Positions 27,799-41,620 of a DNA stretch of 64,000 bases are shown in pieces. The DNA lies in NCBI RefSeq assembly GCF_025526975.1, contig NW_026515675.1, positions 310,001 to 374,000 of the forward strand, in the 5' to 3' direction. Under the pieces are notes generated by a model that worked only from the letters and a program-made list of their open reading frames with translations, did no database searches and had not been told where the DNA came from. Both the position numbers and the translations under genes were made by a program. The DNA is from Fimicolochytrium jonesii. Lineage: Eukaryota. The number at the start of each line of letters is the position of its first letter. Position 1 is the first letter of the stretch.

Positions 27799-30700
27799 TC
27801 AATATACGTTGGTGGCCACTTTTCGCCGTCCTATCGCTGATTTGACTCCTGCAGACAATGAAGGAAATCTTTGTCAATTTGTCCCGACGGAAAAACGTCA
27901 TAAGCCTACCTTGCCGCATCCGGATGCCCAGTACTGGATTGGAGGGGTCTTGATGTCGTTCTTCTCCATACAGTGACACACTGCTATTATGCCCGTGATT
28001 ATTTCGTGGGATTGGCTTTGCTGCAGTTCGGCTTATTGGAGCGGTCATCTAGGAGGAACGATTTGTGAGCGGAATCCGAAAAATGAAGTTCCCTAGAAGA
28101 GCTTACCTTGGATTCATCTATCACAATGGCGGTGTGCGGCCGTACCCGCCGTATGCCCGCTGAAGGCTGTCTCCTGTGTTTCCGAGGTGTTAATATTGAC
28201 GGATCAAGCCTAAGTCTTCCCTAAATCTCGGTGACTACCTCGCCGAGAAAGGCCGGGGCGACGCCGGACGCAGTCGCTGCATAGGTCCATCAGCTGCATC
28301 TGGAGCATCGAAGATAACGTGCCGTGTGCTTTGCTGCGGACATATAGTCTCAGTATGAAAGTTCGAGATGTTACCTCTCGAGGGTTTGTCACTCACTTTT
28401 GTTAGGCCATCTATACCGTCTTGGGAATGCAAGACAGTACCTCCGCGTATTGGTGGTAAACGTTTCGATGCAGTATTGGAGCCGGGGATGGATGTTGATG
28501 GGCGTGATGAATCCCTTGATGAGTGTGACAAATGTCAAAATGAATCTTCGAAGAAGCCGCCGCCTTCCTTCACTCACCAGGCGTGCGTTGCTGCCGATTT
28601 GGTTTGCCCATAACCAATGCTTGATGCAGCGCAGTTCTAGTTAGTTCGGTACTCTCGAGCAAAAGGGACGCAGGTGAAGGCTAACCTCGTCCCATAGATC
28701 ATATCATTCATGGTGTTAGTGGTCGATATCACATTCACCGAGGTATTGGCCGAGACCGCAGGCAGCGGCAGTAGGCGCGCTCCAGGATTGTTCCTAGCAT
28801 CAGTGGGAGCTCTGTGTAAGTCAAGTGTCCAGGAGTAGGGCCGCAAAGAGGCCTTACCTTTTCCAATTATACGACGCCTTGTTGGCGGACTGAGCGGCTG
28901 ACTGCATTCTTGAGGAGTGATTCTGATGCCCGTACTGAGAGACATCGCCATGATGTCGACCCGACGTTGGTCGTGCGGAAGTTGGCCGCGCTGATGCCGG
29001 TCTAGACGATGAGCTAAATGCGCCATAGAAGTCTGCCATGGATGGCGCATTGTACACAGTGCCGTCCGCGCTATTTGATAGAACCGAAGGTTAGTTAGAC
29101 CGGAGCTTCGGCCCTGAAAGAAAGTACCCCTACCTCGCTTTGGGCCGCGGAGCGCTATGATCCCGCTTTTGCAGGGAAACGGGACGAATCGTCATTGCGC
29201 TGAGTAGTCCATCGTCCGCTAGCTCTCTCAATATCATGTCGTCAAATGGTAGCTTGTCGATAAGATCATCATCCTTGTCATCCTCATCGCCCTTCTCTAC
29301 GCCCGATTACATAGTCAATACCCACAGAATATGTGAGGTACAGAACGCGAATGACACATACCATCTGATAGAGCGTTCAGCAAAGGCTGGAACACGGGCA
29401 CCATCTGGGATTGACATCTTAAGCGAGGGGAAAACAAAGCATATAGACAAAAACCTTCCCTACCTCTGACCAGATGTCATCGAAGAGATGGCCCAGTATA
29501 TCTTGCCGAATACTAGCATTTGGAGTCACCGGTGGTAATGCTCTCCGACGATGAGAATGATGTTTGATTTGCTTGTCGTCTTCAGCGTCCTCAGCGCTTT
29601 CAAGAGCAAACCGTTTAGCGAACCTCGTCAAACAATATGTCATACAAGCCAAATACCTTTGATTTTCCGAAGCGATCCACTCTTCTACTTCCCCATCCGC
29701 AGCAAACACTTCCTCGTTAGTTTCGTTTAACCAAGATCCGCACCCGTCATCTACCAGCGAGACGGACGCTGAGAAAAGCTGAGCGGAAACTGCGAGGAGG
29801 TTTTCCAAAGTTGGAGACAGGTACTCATATATGGCGCAGTTCACATTCTGTGTGAGGGTCGACGCTGAGACAAACATAACGTCTGATCTACGTGCAGAAA
29901 ACTCCTACCTGTAGAACGGGCAAAACGTCATAAACGGTCAAAAAGGGTGTTTCGTCGTGCGTTTGCGTCACACCATCCGGCTTTGCCCCGATTGATGCCC
30001 ACGACACGAAAGATACACCACAATCTGGGCTACGGCCCCGATGCTGAGGTTGCGGCTGCACCAAAGGGTGAACGCTATGTTTCAGGAGGGCAAAGTGATT
30101 TCGGGTCCCATCCCCTTTCAGGTTGCTGAGTGCCTTCTTTAGCACTTCAAAGCTCCCGCTTCCCGCCGATACAGCTTCAACATTCCATCTGGCGCGCTTC
30201 GCAGCCGTAGAATGTATTGGTTGCGGATGTGGGTTGTCCGGCGTAGGTGTCGGGCATCGGTCCTCTTCATCTCCGTCAGGGGTTCCATCTTCGCCCTCTG
30301 CGCCTGATGGCTGATATCCAAAGATTTGCCTGTATGTAGAATCAGCCTCAAAGCTTGCTGTTGGGAGTAAGAACAGGACATACCACTGGTATCCACTGGT
30401 TTGCAGCGTTCCTTTCTTCAAAGCGTTGAGAGCATCGCTGGTTTTTGAATCAGTCCAGGAGAACATACTCCGACCGAGCAAAGAATGCTCATCAACGGCA
30501 GGGCTGGCCTCCGCTATCGGTCTATCTGCATGCTTCTGTCCGATTATGTCGCTCCCCAGGCCGATTCCCTCCACGTTCAGCGCGTCTTGAGACAACGCTT
30601 GGGAGTAGCGGTGGGAGGCAGAGCTACTCTCCGGTATATAGAAGTATGGGGAATGACATCGTAGTTCATTGCGCGGGATTGCCTCATAGCCGATGTCGCT

Positions 30701-31282
30701 CGAGGGTAGGGTCTGATGGCCACGAATTCTTGGATCCTGATCACGTTAGACATTTTCTCGTGACTATTCCCACGCATGGTTCTCAAGCAGCACACCTCAA
30801 ATGTGGGAATAGCGACGCCCACTCTTCACATTCCTCCTGTAGCGTTGGATTTCCGTCTAGGATGTTGTTTTCTGGAGCATAGACTGCGAAGTCAGGAAAG
30901 CATACTTGAGGCTTCAGCACCGGGGGCCTACGCACCCTGGTACAAGAATGTTTCGAGGTGCTCCAACATCACTTGCACTTGATTTGTGGCTTCCGCATCA
31001 TAATCCTGCCATGACCATCAGCTGCCAGCATGAGAAACCTTCTTCCATCGCCCGTCAACATCGAAAAGCGCAGAGCTGGACTGCCTCAACGTATTAACGT
31101 ACGTGCTCAGCATCCCACGATGAGCTGACGCTGCTGACAACACTGGACGGGGCATAATCGAATATCTTTCGCTGATGCGAGCCTTGAGATGACTGTCTGT
31201 AATGGTCATTGGCGTTTAGGAGCACGTTCATTGTGAAGGTATTTGAAAAACAGTATACGCACGTCCTCGAACCCGATTCCAT
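27799..31282 (-). CDS. FAM149: FAM149/DUF3719-family ciliary protein, multi-exon; 3' end approximate
   Basis: Exon near 30790-30840 reads QEECEEWASLFPHLR (DUF3719 signature as I recall it); EEVFAADGEVEEWIA; repeated RPxSA/RPxTS motifs in the C-terminal half. Confidence 0.7.
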
Positions 31283-31705
31283 GGCGAAGCACTAAGCGAC
31301 CGGTGTGATAAAACAACCTGGCCAGTTTTCGGTCATCAGAAGCTTTATAGACGTGAGCAGCGCTGCGAGCCGACAGCAGTTTATATGTACAGAGGCTTGT
31401 TGTTTAGCTGCTATACTAGGAGGCGATGTTGCCTCAAACGAAGGCGTGGGAAAAAAGTAACAGCAGATGGGGAAAGGAGCAAACGAGGCAAAAATGCGAC
31501 AGTGCCTGGACGTCCTGAGTCACGCTCATGACACACACGCGCCGTGAGAAGTCCGACCGGGAGAGGACAGGCTGGGAAAGCTTTATACCTCGGGCGACTT
31601 GCGAGGCTCCAACTGCCGGGACATAGTACAGATTGGCGACGGCTCACTTCTTGACGTCGTCTTCAAGAGACCGACAACAATTCGGAAGGCACGAACCAAT
31701 CTATC

Positions 31706-34700
31706 ATGTCCAAATCAAAACATGTTAAGGTGGTGGTCAGAACCAGGCCGACGGCCGACATTGCCGAGCATATGGTCCAATTTTCGCCCGACAGAAAGGT
31801 GAGAGGGATTGTAAGCCGCATACTGCCCTCTTCTAGCTCCGAAAGTTTCTCATATGCTTGTTCCTCAAGGCTGTGCATGTACACATTCCCAAGAGTGCTG
31901 AAGGAGGCTTCATCAATAACCAACAGGAGGATTGGGATTTCCGGTTTGACAGTGTGTTGCATAACGCATCACAAGAAGCGGTGTATGATGAATGTGCGAG
32001 TTCCATACTGAAAGGGTTGATGGAAGGGTACAATGGTGAGATAGCTCGAAGCCATGCCCCAAGACTGACCGACTGGTAATAACCATCTTTCGTAGGAACC
32101 ATCATGGCTTATGGACAAACCGGCGGTGGCAAGACCTTCTCCATGTAAAAGCGAATCATCCCTTGGGGAGTTGTAGGTGGACTACGTCGATACTCATTGC
32201 CTTCCAGGACTGGAGCTTCGGAGAACTACAAGCACCGTGGTCTGATACCGCGCGCCATCTCTCAAGTCTTTCGGGACATCAGCGACCGGCCACAATACTC
32301 ATACACGGCGCGCATCAGTTACATCGAGATATACAACGAGCAGATGATCGACCTGCTTGGACCTGTTCCAGATGTGAAAAGTGGGGAAACCGTGCTGAAT
32401 GTCGTTGAGGACCAGAATGGTGAGGACGGTCGGAGGTTTTGTCAGACCGCATGGAAGTGGTAATTGATGCTGGACTGGCATAGGGACGGCGCAAGTGAAA
32501 GGCCTCAACGTCCGGATAGCGAATACGGAGGAAGAGGCCCTCAGCTATCTGTTTGAAGGCGAAACGACACGATCCATCGCCGAGCACCAGCTCAACCGCA
32601 ACTCTTCCCGGTGAGTTGAAACATCTACATCGGGGTTCAAAGTCATGAATCTCACACCTACTTTCTCGCAGGTCGCATTGCATCTTTACAATCTGGCTCG
32701 AATCCCGATCGCGAGTGGAGTCTTCGGAAAGGGTGTTGTACAGTAAACTCAATCTCGTTGATCTCGCTGGATCTGAACGTCTCTCGAAGACGCACACAAC
32801 TGGGTTGTCGTTGCGCGAAGCTATGTGTAAGTGGACTGCTTGGTGCTCGTGCTGATGCCTCTTCAGATGCTGACCCTCTGTTTGACTCTACCAGACATCA
32901 ACAAGAGCCTGACGTTCTTGGAGCAGGTCATCATTGCACTTGCCGATAAGAGAAGGTAGGGCGTCGGCCTCCATTAAGAGCTCTGCGTAACGCTTCCTAA
33001 TCAATGAAGTTGCTAGAGGACATATACCATATCGCCAATCAAAGCTGACGAACGTACTACGAGATGCGCTGGGAGGCAACTGCAACACCCTCATGATTGC
33101 GAACATCCGATGTGAGTATCACACGACTTGGTCATGACTACCAGTGTCTACGTGACATTTGACAACTTCAACTTTCAGGTGAACAGGAATATGTCGAGGA
33201 AACCATCTCAACTCTCCGCTTTGCCACCCGAATGATGTGTGTGACCAATACGCCGGAGCTGAACGTCCAATACGATCCGATAGCGCTCATCAAGAAGTAC
33301 GAGCGAGAGATTCGAGAGCTCAAGCAGGAATTGTCTATGCATGATACGCTGAGCAATCGAGGACATGTGCAGCACGAGCCCTATACTGAGCCGCAGAAGC
33401 TTGAGCTGCAGAAGCAGGTCAAAGTATTCCTGGAGAATGAGGAGGAAGAAATGGAGGTGTGCCGTCAGCTCCGAAGTCACGATGCAGCTGGGGATTGTGA
33501 ACTTACTGTTTGGGTGAAAACAGATCGTCAGTCTGCGGCAAGTGAAGGAGATCTTCCACCAGATGCGGATACTGTACAAAATGCAAGAGCAGGAAAATGA
33601 AGACTGGCATCGGATACATAAGAACGCTGCTGGACCCGCGGCGGGCACAAAGGATGACACAACGGCAGGGGGAATACCGGTGACTGTCTCCATACCTGAA
33701 AACGCAAACATATGGTGTTGAGCTGACAGATGGACTGCAATGTTCAGGGCATCCGAATTCCCGATGAGAAAGATGACGGTGTTGGCGAGCTGGAAGGCTC
33801 CAGTTTTGGCGTAGGATTGGTAGGACGAGCAGCATCTGCGCATGCAACCTCTCACGTTGGGCTCACGTTTTATTGTAGGCACCATCAATGTCTCGTGGGG
33901 CTGGAGGTCTAACGGCTGCAGCAGGCAGTATCAGGGGTGCAAAGGACAAAGGTCGGAAGGGCCGGCCACCAGCACCGCAGAGCATCGTTTCTCTCGCTAG
34001 ATCAGAAATAGACGAGGATGAAACGAGATCGGAGGTTGGTTCCGGCATCAGTGAGCTTCCTATAATGGCATTCTTTACTCACGAGCAAGCCTCAGCTGTA
34101 TGGGGAACGGGACCGTATTCGTGCGTTCAGCGCACATGGAGACGCTCAACAGAGTGAAGCTGGCGGACTCCCACCTTTACCGAACGCTGCACATTCTTCA
34201 AGAGTTCAGGCTCCACCACCGTCTCGTGCCGAAGAATATGAGGCGTTCAAGCGGGGAAGAGGATCAGATATGAATCGCATCTTCAATGAGAACAAAGGTA
34301 AACGGACTTTCGTGCCAGCTCAGCGTCAATCTTCCCCCCTTCTGACACCCTACTGCATCCCAGCCATTCTCAAAGACAAACGCAAGAACGCACGAGAGCT
34401 CGCAAAATATGTGAATGACCTGCAAGCGCAGATTGATGTTTTGCGAAGAAACGTGGAGCAAAAGCGTCAGAGCCGGTCTGCCGGAGGTACCACCTTTGCA
34501 CGTCGCCTTCTGCCATCAACCCTGTTCTTACCCATTCTGGTGACAGACGTGCAAAGCGGCGATGATATCATCATCGACGAAGAAGAATACGTGTTCTTGA
34601 ACAATCTCAAACAGCTCAAACAGGACTACCGTACGCAGTTCGACAATCTTCGCGCGTTGCGTGCCGACATTGGCTACTGCCACCAGCTTGTTGAACAGTG

Positions 34701-35009
34701 CCGGCAGAAACTGCTGATGGAGTTTGAGCAGTGGTATGAGAATCAGTTTGGAGGACAGGTACCGGATGATGGACATGATGGTCAAGTCGAGGTGAGCATC
34801 TGAATTCTTCTGCTTTCGAACGGGAAGGACTGCTAAGGAGCTTGATGGTTTCGTAGGACATCTTGGACATCGGAGAGAAGTTTGATAGATTGCAAATGGC
34901 TAGGATGTCGCAAGAAGACCCCGACTCGCTGCCATTTTACAATGCGCGGAAAAACACTATCAGGAAACATCAGCGGGCAGGGCCAAAGATCAAGCGTGTA
35001 AACATATAG
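31706..35009 (+). CDS. KIF9: Kinesin-9 (KIF9/KLP1-like central-pair kinesin)
   Basis: [84 protein letters not shown]; stop TAG 35007-35009. Confidence 0.93.
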
Positions 35010-35566
35010 AACTTCAGACTATCAATGCTACTTACAATTGTATCAAATGTGGGGCTGGGTCGCAAGATGCATGAATCCGAGTCGTGAGCTGACGAAAACT
35101 ACATACATCGCTATTCTCATCCAGCTCTCGCTAGTTCACGGCATTATGGCATGCATTTGCAAGAAAGCGTGCGATTTTCTCAAAGAGTCAGGCATCCCTA
35201 CAGCAGCACAATCTATAGTCCTCTGCAGCATAAATGGGACAGACGTGCGTCGCGCTGCAGCCTAGGTGGGGGCTCGATTGGGAACTGGTCATGGTCTCAC
35301 TGGCACCATTTAGCCATCACAGTCTGGTCCGTTCACCAGTTCAACGCACGTCTCACTGCCGCCCAACTGATGGGGCCCAGTGATTTTCGTGGCCACATTG
35401 CAGACGCCTTTGAGCTCGTCGGGAAGAAAAGGAAGGTCATCCGAGGGCATTTTGTGCAAGCCAGGGACCCCATTGACAGCGCGTTTTCGTATCACTGACA
35501 GTATTCACCTGTCAAACCGTTTCCATCCATGAGTCCTCTGCTGCCATGCATGCATGCAGCCCCTAT

Positions 35567-35574
35567 TATAAAAG
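35567..35574 (+). promoter_or_regulatory. Candidate TATA box (TATAAAAG) ~240 bp upstream of the PolX-like ATG
   Basis: Exact consensus match in intergenic DNA; function unproven. Confidence 0.35.
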
Positions 35575-35815
35575 GACAGGCAGAAGTCCTGGCGCCCTAC
35601 TCCCACCGTCCCAGACTGTCTCGTTCCAACTTGGCCTTTGTCATTCGTTCACCAAAGCTAATCTTGGTGGTTGTTTGAAGAACTCGAGACATATCTGCCC
35701 TGGAAGCTGTCAAAGTTCTCCGACGTACTTTTCCGTGATATTCGACCCCCGAACTAACTACCCCGTACACCGAAGCGAAGCCTTTTCAATCTCTATCTCC
35801 TCAAAACGTACCGCA

Positions 35816-37279
35816 ATGTCGCTTTTCGGCGTTTCCAGCTTTCGAGCGGCGCGCGCGCTTCTGGCGAGTGGTTCTGGCCGCTTCGGCATAGTCCCTGTCA
35901 GTCGCGAATTGACACGCGGCTCGGTTAGGAACATCAGCAAGAGCGCTCGTCCTCGAAGCATTGCGTCCGCCCAAGAAGTTCCCGCTGATGAGAATGAAGG
36001 TGGGGCATTTGAGCGTGCTTCTTAGTGATTTGGTCAATGTGACTTTGCGCGCTGACGGTCCTCCCACTTTTGGCAGCTCAACCAGCGCCGTCCCCCGTGC
36101 TCCCCAGAAAGGGACGAGGTCTCGATGGTTTCCCTAGCAGGAACACCCGTGGCCGACCTTCACAAGATTCGAGCAGGGTTCGCTCTGATATCATTCGGAA
36201 GCTCTGCAGTATTCCCGAAATTGGGTAAATAGGGTTTCTATTCTCGATAAGGCGTTGCATGGTTTAACTAACAACCCGTAACCAGGCCGGTGTCTGCAGA
36301 AATGCTGTATGACGATTACAACGTCCGCACACTTGAAGACCTTCAGAAGCCTAACTTGCCCTTGAAGAAGAAACAGCGACTCCAGATCAAGTATCATGAA
36401 GATTTTGGAAGGCAGATTCCGAGGAGCGAGGTCGCGGAGTGGGAGGTTTGTTGGCGAGTTGTGAGCACTGATTTTCTGACATGAACTGCTCATCTACTTT
36501 GCCCTTATAGCAAGTGCTCAAGACGACGACCGCCGGTCATCCACACACCAACATCACCTTGGCCGGCGCCTACCGTCGTGGCCTCCCGTCATGCCCCGAC
36601 ATCACAGTCGTTGTGTCCCACGACGACGTAACGTCTTTTGAAGGCGACGACAAATGGAACCAACTGCATAAAGCCGCCACCAGCCTGCACGGCCTCACAA
36701 AAGACTTGAAAGCGCGCGGTGTAGTGCTCTCAGAGATTGCTGGGGAGATCGGGGATTTGAAGTTTGTGGTAAGTTGTCGGTTGCGGGGCACTTGGGACTT
36801 AGTGCATACATGGCTGATCTCGACCTCATGTGCGCATAGGCCGCCGCAAAATCTCCAGGATCGTCAATCTACCGTCGGGTTACGTTCTTCTTCGCCGAGA
36901 AAGATGCCTACTACTGCACGTTGCTGGCCGCCACCGGTCCGGTAAGGGAGGCCGGATTGGCATCAAGCAGCACCATGCATCTTTCACGTTCTAACACTGA
37001 TTTCCGTCCACTCCTGCCCAGTACCCTTTCAATCGTGCGATGCGAATTTACGCCTCCCAGATTGGCTATAGTCTCGGGGAAAAGGTGTTGAGGGAGAAGG
37101 GAAAAAGAGGTAAAGCGACGCCTTCCATGCCGCTTGCCGGTGCGTTGATGACCGTGATTGCCGCCTGTTCAGGGAAACTGGGCGACATAGTTCCCGTCGA
37201 AAGCGAGGAAGAGATCTTCAAGACTTTGAAGTTGACTTACGTCAAGCCAGAAGATCGAACCTCCAAGAGGTTTCCGTAG
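35816..37279 (+). CDS. DNA polymerase X family (Pol beta-like) protein, catalytically degenerate, with a predicted mitochondrial presequence
   Basis: Spliced product: LCSIPEIGPVSAEMLYDDYNVRTLEDL...KKQRLQIKYHEDFGRQIPRSEV...AGAYRRGLPSCPDITVVV...YRRVTFFFAEKDAYYCTLLAATGP...FNRAMRIYA...VPVESEEEIFKTLKLTYVKPEDR, collinear with the Pol beta fingers/palm/thumb. Confidence 0.88.
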
Positions 37280-38493
37280 GCTCTGGACCTGACACATGCG
37301 ATCGGCAGTTCTTCTCCTAGACGTTTCCAAGATACTTTTGGGACTTTGGGCCTTGCGAGAAAATGTTTGTAAACAACCTCAGTGCACTCTGTACAGTACA
37401 TCGAAATACTCGTAATAAGCAATGCCTCGATTCTCGGATGCGGATCAGGATGCGGATGGTGATCGTTCAAGGACGTTTTGTGAGCTCGTCTAGGGCAGGC
37501 AGCCCAGAGTGGACTGTGAAGAGTCCCGAATTCAACCATCGGCCGGCCTTCGGGACCTCTCACAGACCAGTCCGCACATGCGCCTCGCCAGCTCTGGTTC
37601 AATATTCACATCGGCTTTTTAGTGTATGGGGCCGGGGGCTGACCACTCTGACGAACTCACGAGACCCACGCCCAGGTCCAAAACCACGCGTCAGATTGCT
37701 TCCTAGGCTTCCTAGGCGTCATAGAACTGTCACCCTCCGCGGTTTTCTCTAGGGCGACAGAAAAACACTGGCGAAACGTAGCAGGAGTCGTTGACCCGGA
37801 AACACCGAAAGAAGCTCCCCAGTCCAGTAGCTGCTTTATGTGCTGTCATCGCGCTGAGTTCTACGTATAACCAACAAAAAATGCGATACTTGCCTCGCCC
37901 CAGCTCTAGTAACTTAACGGCCTACACATATATGTACCGTATACAGTATGTCTAAAAGGGTTGTGTTCCGTTGCGAGTGTCGAGTGTGAGTGGGGTTCTG
38001 TGAGGGGTCGATGGGAGGGTCTCAGGGACCAAGCAAGCGTGGGGGTTGCGAGCGAGCGGGAGATTCCCCCAGATCATTTGCAGATGAGAGATGCGCCTTT
38101 TGACGGGGTGACATCGCGACAGATGAAAGCCCCAAGCCCAACTCGCAAGAAGTTCCCCACGCCTCTTTTCTTGCTGCCCCCAAGCGAAGTCGGGTAAACG
38201 ACAAGCTTCTCATCAGTCACCAGAAACTCCTTCAAGTCGAGTCCGTCGCAGGGCAGCACACGGCTCCAGCTTGCTCCAACACGGTGTTGGCTGCGAAAAC
38301 TGTTTCTGTACGGAATTATAGTCGGTCCTTAGCACTTACGGTCCCCAGTTAAGAGTACGCAGAGTTTTTCCTACCAGGTTTCAGCGCTTTAGCTCTGGTC
38401 CTGTCGTTTCCGCTTCCTATCTTCCTTACGGAGAAACATTTGTAGCAGCCGTAGAAACAGAAACCTCACGCCACGGGTCAATCCCTGCACAAG

Positions 38494-41400
38494 ATGGTGT
38501 CCCACGCCGAACCCCTCCCACCTATACCACCCTTCCCGGTACCCAACGACTCGTTCTGTTCAGCGCCTTATATTGACGGCTGGAAGATAGCGCCATGTCT
38601 GCTGGACACTGTTTCATCTGGCATTCTGCTCGCCTTCATCGTAATCGCGGGAACGATATGGTATCTTGGCGTCATGAGACAGGGCACACGGAACGAAGCA
38701 GAGCGACGACCTCTTCTGCGACGCACGAATGGAGACGAGCCGCATCATCCTATAGCAGTGCGATCCATAGTTGCTCGGATCATAGCCCCGCTAGTTTTCC
38801 TCACATTCTTGTTCGACGTCGGGCTGGACTTCTATCGCACCGCACATCCTGATCTGCCTAGTGCTGTTGTGCAGGATATGCCGGCTCGCGCTGTCGCAGA
38901 TGTGATGGCGGCCTTCGCGTGGCTCACGGCTACAACGTTCATCTTCTTTGCGGCGACTTTGGAGAGGGAGGAGTGGGCTACCAGAACTGAGGACAGGCTA
39001 CCTTTGGTCATCAAGAATTTTTGGTACCTAGCCTTCGTCGTCGAGTCTGCTCAAGTGTATCAGTGGACCGTGTCGAGCTTGAAGCCTGCTAGTGGTACGG
39101 TTCCTAGGTTTGAGTATTCATGTTCCAAGAGGTTGTGTCTAATGAATCACTTTCCAATCCGTTCAGCGATGATGCTCCAAGTTTCAATCGACAATACCTA
39201 CTTTGGGATCTTTCTTACGCGCTACTCTCTGATATGCACGTTTATTGTCACCCTCATCGTCACGCACTTCACTACACGTCGTCAAGCATCCGCCGATGAG
39301 GAAGCAGCCGGTACCGCTGCAGCGACATCTGGATGGACCGAGACATTGCGCAAAGTGCGAAAACTCATGCCTTTCCTATGGCCAAAGCCCTTGCGACTGC
39401 AGGCTCTTGTAGTCTTGTGCTTCATCTTCCTCGCACTGGGACGCGTCGTCAACGTGTTGGTACCCCTGCAGTATAAGAGGGTGGTTGATGCGCTTACACC
39501 GGGAGGCGAGGGGGATAATGAACGCCCGTACTTCGCTTGGGGTGCGATTCTCTTGTACACTTTCTTCCGCTTCCTGCAAGGCGGTGTGGGTCTGCTCTCG
39601 TCTCTTCAGTACTTCCTCTGGATTCCCGTGGGTCAGTACACCACTCGCGAAGTCTCCGTTCGCATGCTAGAACACCTGCACTCTTTGTCCCTGAAGTTCC
39701 ATATCAATCGTAAAACCGGCGAAGTGCTCCGAGTGATGGACCGGGGCACCTCTTCGATCGGATCGCTCCTGTCGTATCTCGCTTTCAACATCCTCCCGGT
39801 GTTTGTCGACATTGCTCTCGCTTGCATCGTCTTCCTCATCACCTTCGACTGGGCCATCGCTACGCTCGTATTCGTCACCATGGTGCTCTACATCGTATGT
39901 ACTATCTGGATTACGGAATGGCGCACAAAGTTCCGTCGTGCAATGAACGAGTTCGACTCTGCTGCTCGAGCCAAAGCCGTGGACTCGCTCCTGAACTTCG
40001 AGACGGTCAAGTACTACAATAACGAGCAGCTGGAAGTGAAGGCGTATGATGAGGCGATTCGCAAGTACCAGGACGCAGACTATAAGAGCAGCGCCAGTTT
40101 GAACATCTTGAACTCTGCGCAGAATGTCGTCATCACTCTCGGGCTCCTGAGCGGTCTTTTGATGTGTGCCAAGAGGGTTTCCGATGGCCAGTTGACTGTT
40201 GGTGACTTTGTGGCGTTTTTGACCTATCTTTTGCAGCTTTACCAGCCGTTGAACTGGTATGATTCGAGATTGACTTTGACTTCGTGAATAGGCATGCCAC
40301 TGACGTATGTGATACTCGTGGGCGATCAGGTTCGGAACATACTACCGAGTCATCCAGCAAAATTTCATCGATATGGAAAAGATGTTGGATCTTTTCGAGG
40401 AAGGCGAGGCAATCAAGGACAACCCAGATGCAACGGATCTCATCATTCGCGAGAAGGGACATATTGTCTTTGGTAAGATTGAACTTGGTCTTGGCGCAAC
40501 TGTCCCTGTCGTTTTGCTAAGGCTTCTTGTCAATTCTAGACAATGTTGCGTTTGGATATGACCCGAGGCAGCTGGCCGTGAAAGGGCTAAGCTTCGAGGT
40601 ACCAGCCGGCAAGACTGTGGCGCTGGTTGGGCCGTCAGGCGGTGGCAAGAGTACTGTTTTCAGGGTATGTAGAGCAGCACGCAACATCGAGAGTCATGCG
40701 TGAAGTGGCCGGTGAATAACCTCAACTTTCTTCCATAGCTTCTTTTCCGCTTCTACGACATACAATCTGGATCCATCACCTTCGACGGGCAAGACATCCG
40801 CACCGTCAAACAAGCATCGCTCCGTTCCCATATCGGTGTTGTCCCGCAAGACACGGTCCTCTTCAACGACACCGTCAAGTACAACATTCGCTACGGGAAC
40901 GTAAACGCGACAGACGAAGAGATCGTCGCTGCCGCGAAAGCCGCGCAGATCCACGATCGCATCTTGAGCTTCCCCGATGGGTACGAGACGAGAGTCGGCG
41001 AGCGAGGGCTGAGATTGAGCGGTGGAGAGAAGCAGCGTATAGCTATTGCGCGCACGATTCTCAAGAACCCCACCATCATTTTGCTGGACGAGGCTACCAG
41101 CGCGCTGGATAACACCACGGAGCGGCTGGTGCAGGACCGGCTGCTCGCGCTTGGCAAGGGGCGAACTACGTTAGTCATTGCCCACCGGCTGAGCACCATC
41201 GTCGATGCGGACGTTATCCTGGTGCTCAAGGACGGGATGGTGGCCGAAAAGGGCACCCATAACGAGCTGATGAACAAGGAGGGCACATACTACACGATGT
41301 GGATGAGGCAGCTGGGAGAGGAAGAGCGGGGCAGCGATAGCGGCAGCACGCCCGCAAACGGCATCAACGGAGGCGGCGCTGGCGATGCGTCGTCTGCCGG

Positions 41401-41620
41401 CGGACTAAGACCGCCTCGCGTGGACGGATCGACGGAGCATTTGGGAGCGACGAGTGGCAGCGAGGGGACAGCGTCGGTGCTGGGAACCGGAGGCCCTGGG
41501 GAGGTTATTAGGGCTGCGAGGAACCGGATAGCGAGTGCGACGCATGCTGTTGTGGATGGGGTTAGTGGGGCTGTTGGGGGTGGGTCGAATACGAAGAAGG
41601 GGAAGGGGAAGAAGGGGTAG
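38494..41620 (+). CDS. HMT1: ABCB half-transporter, HMT1/ABCB6 type (heavy-metal tolerance)
   Basis: N-terminal TM extension; [50 protein letters not shown]; Walker [36 protein letters not shown]. Confidence 0.92.
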
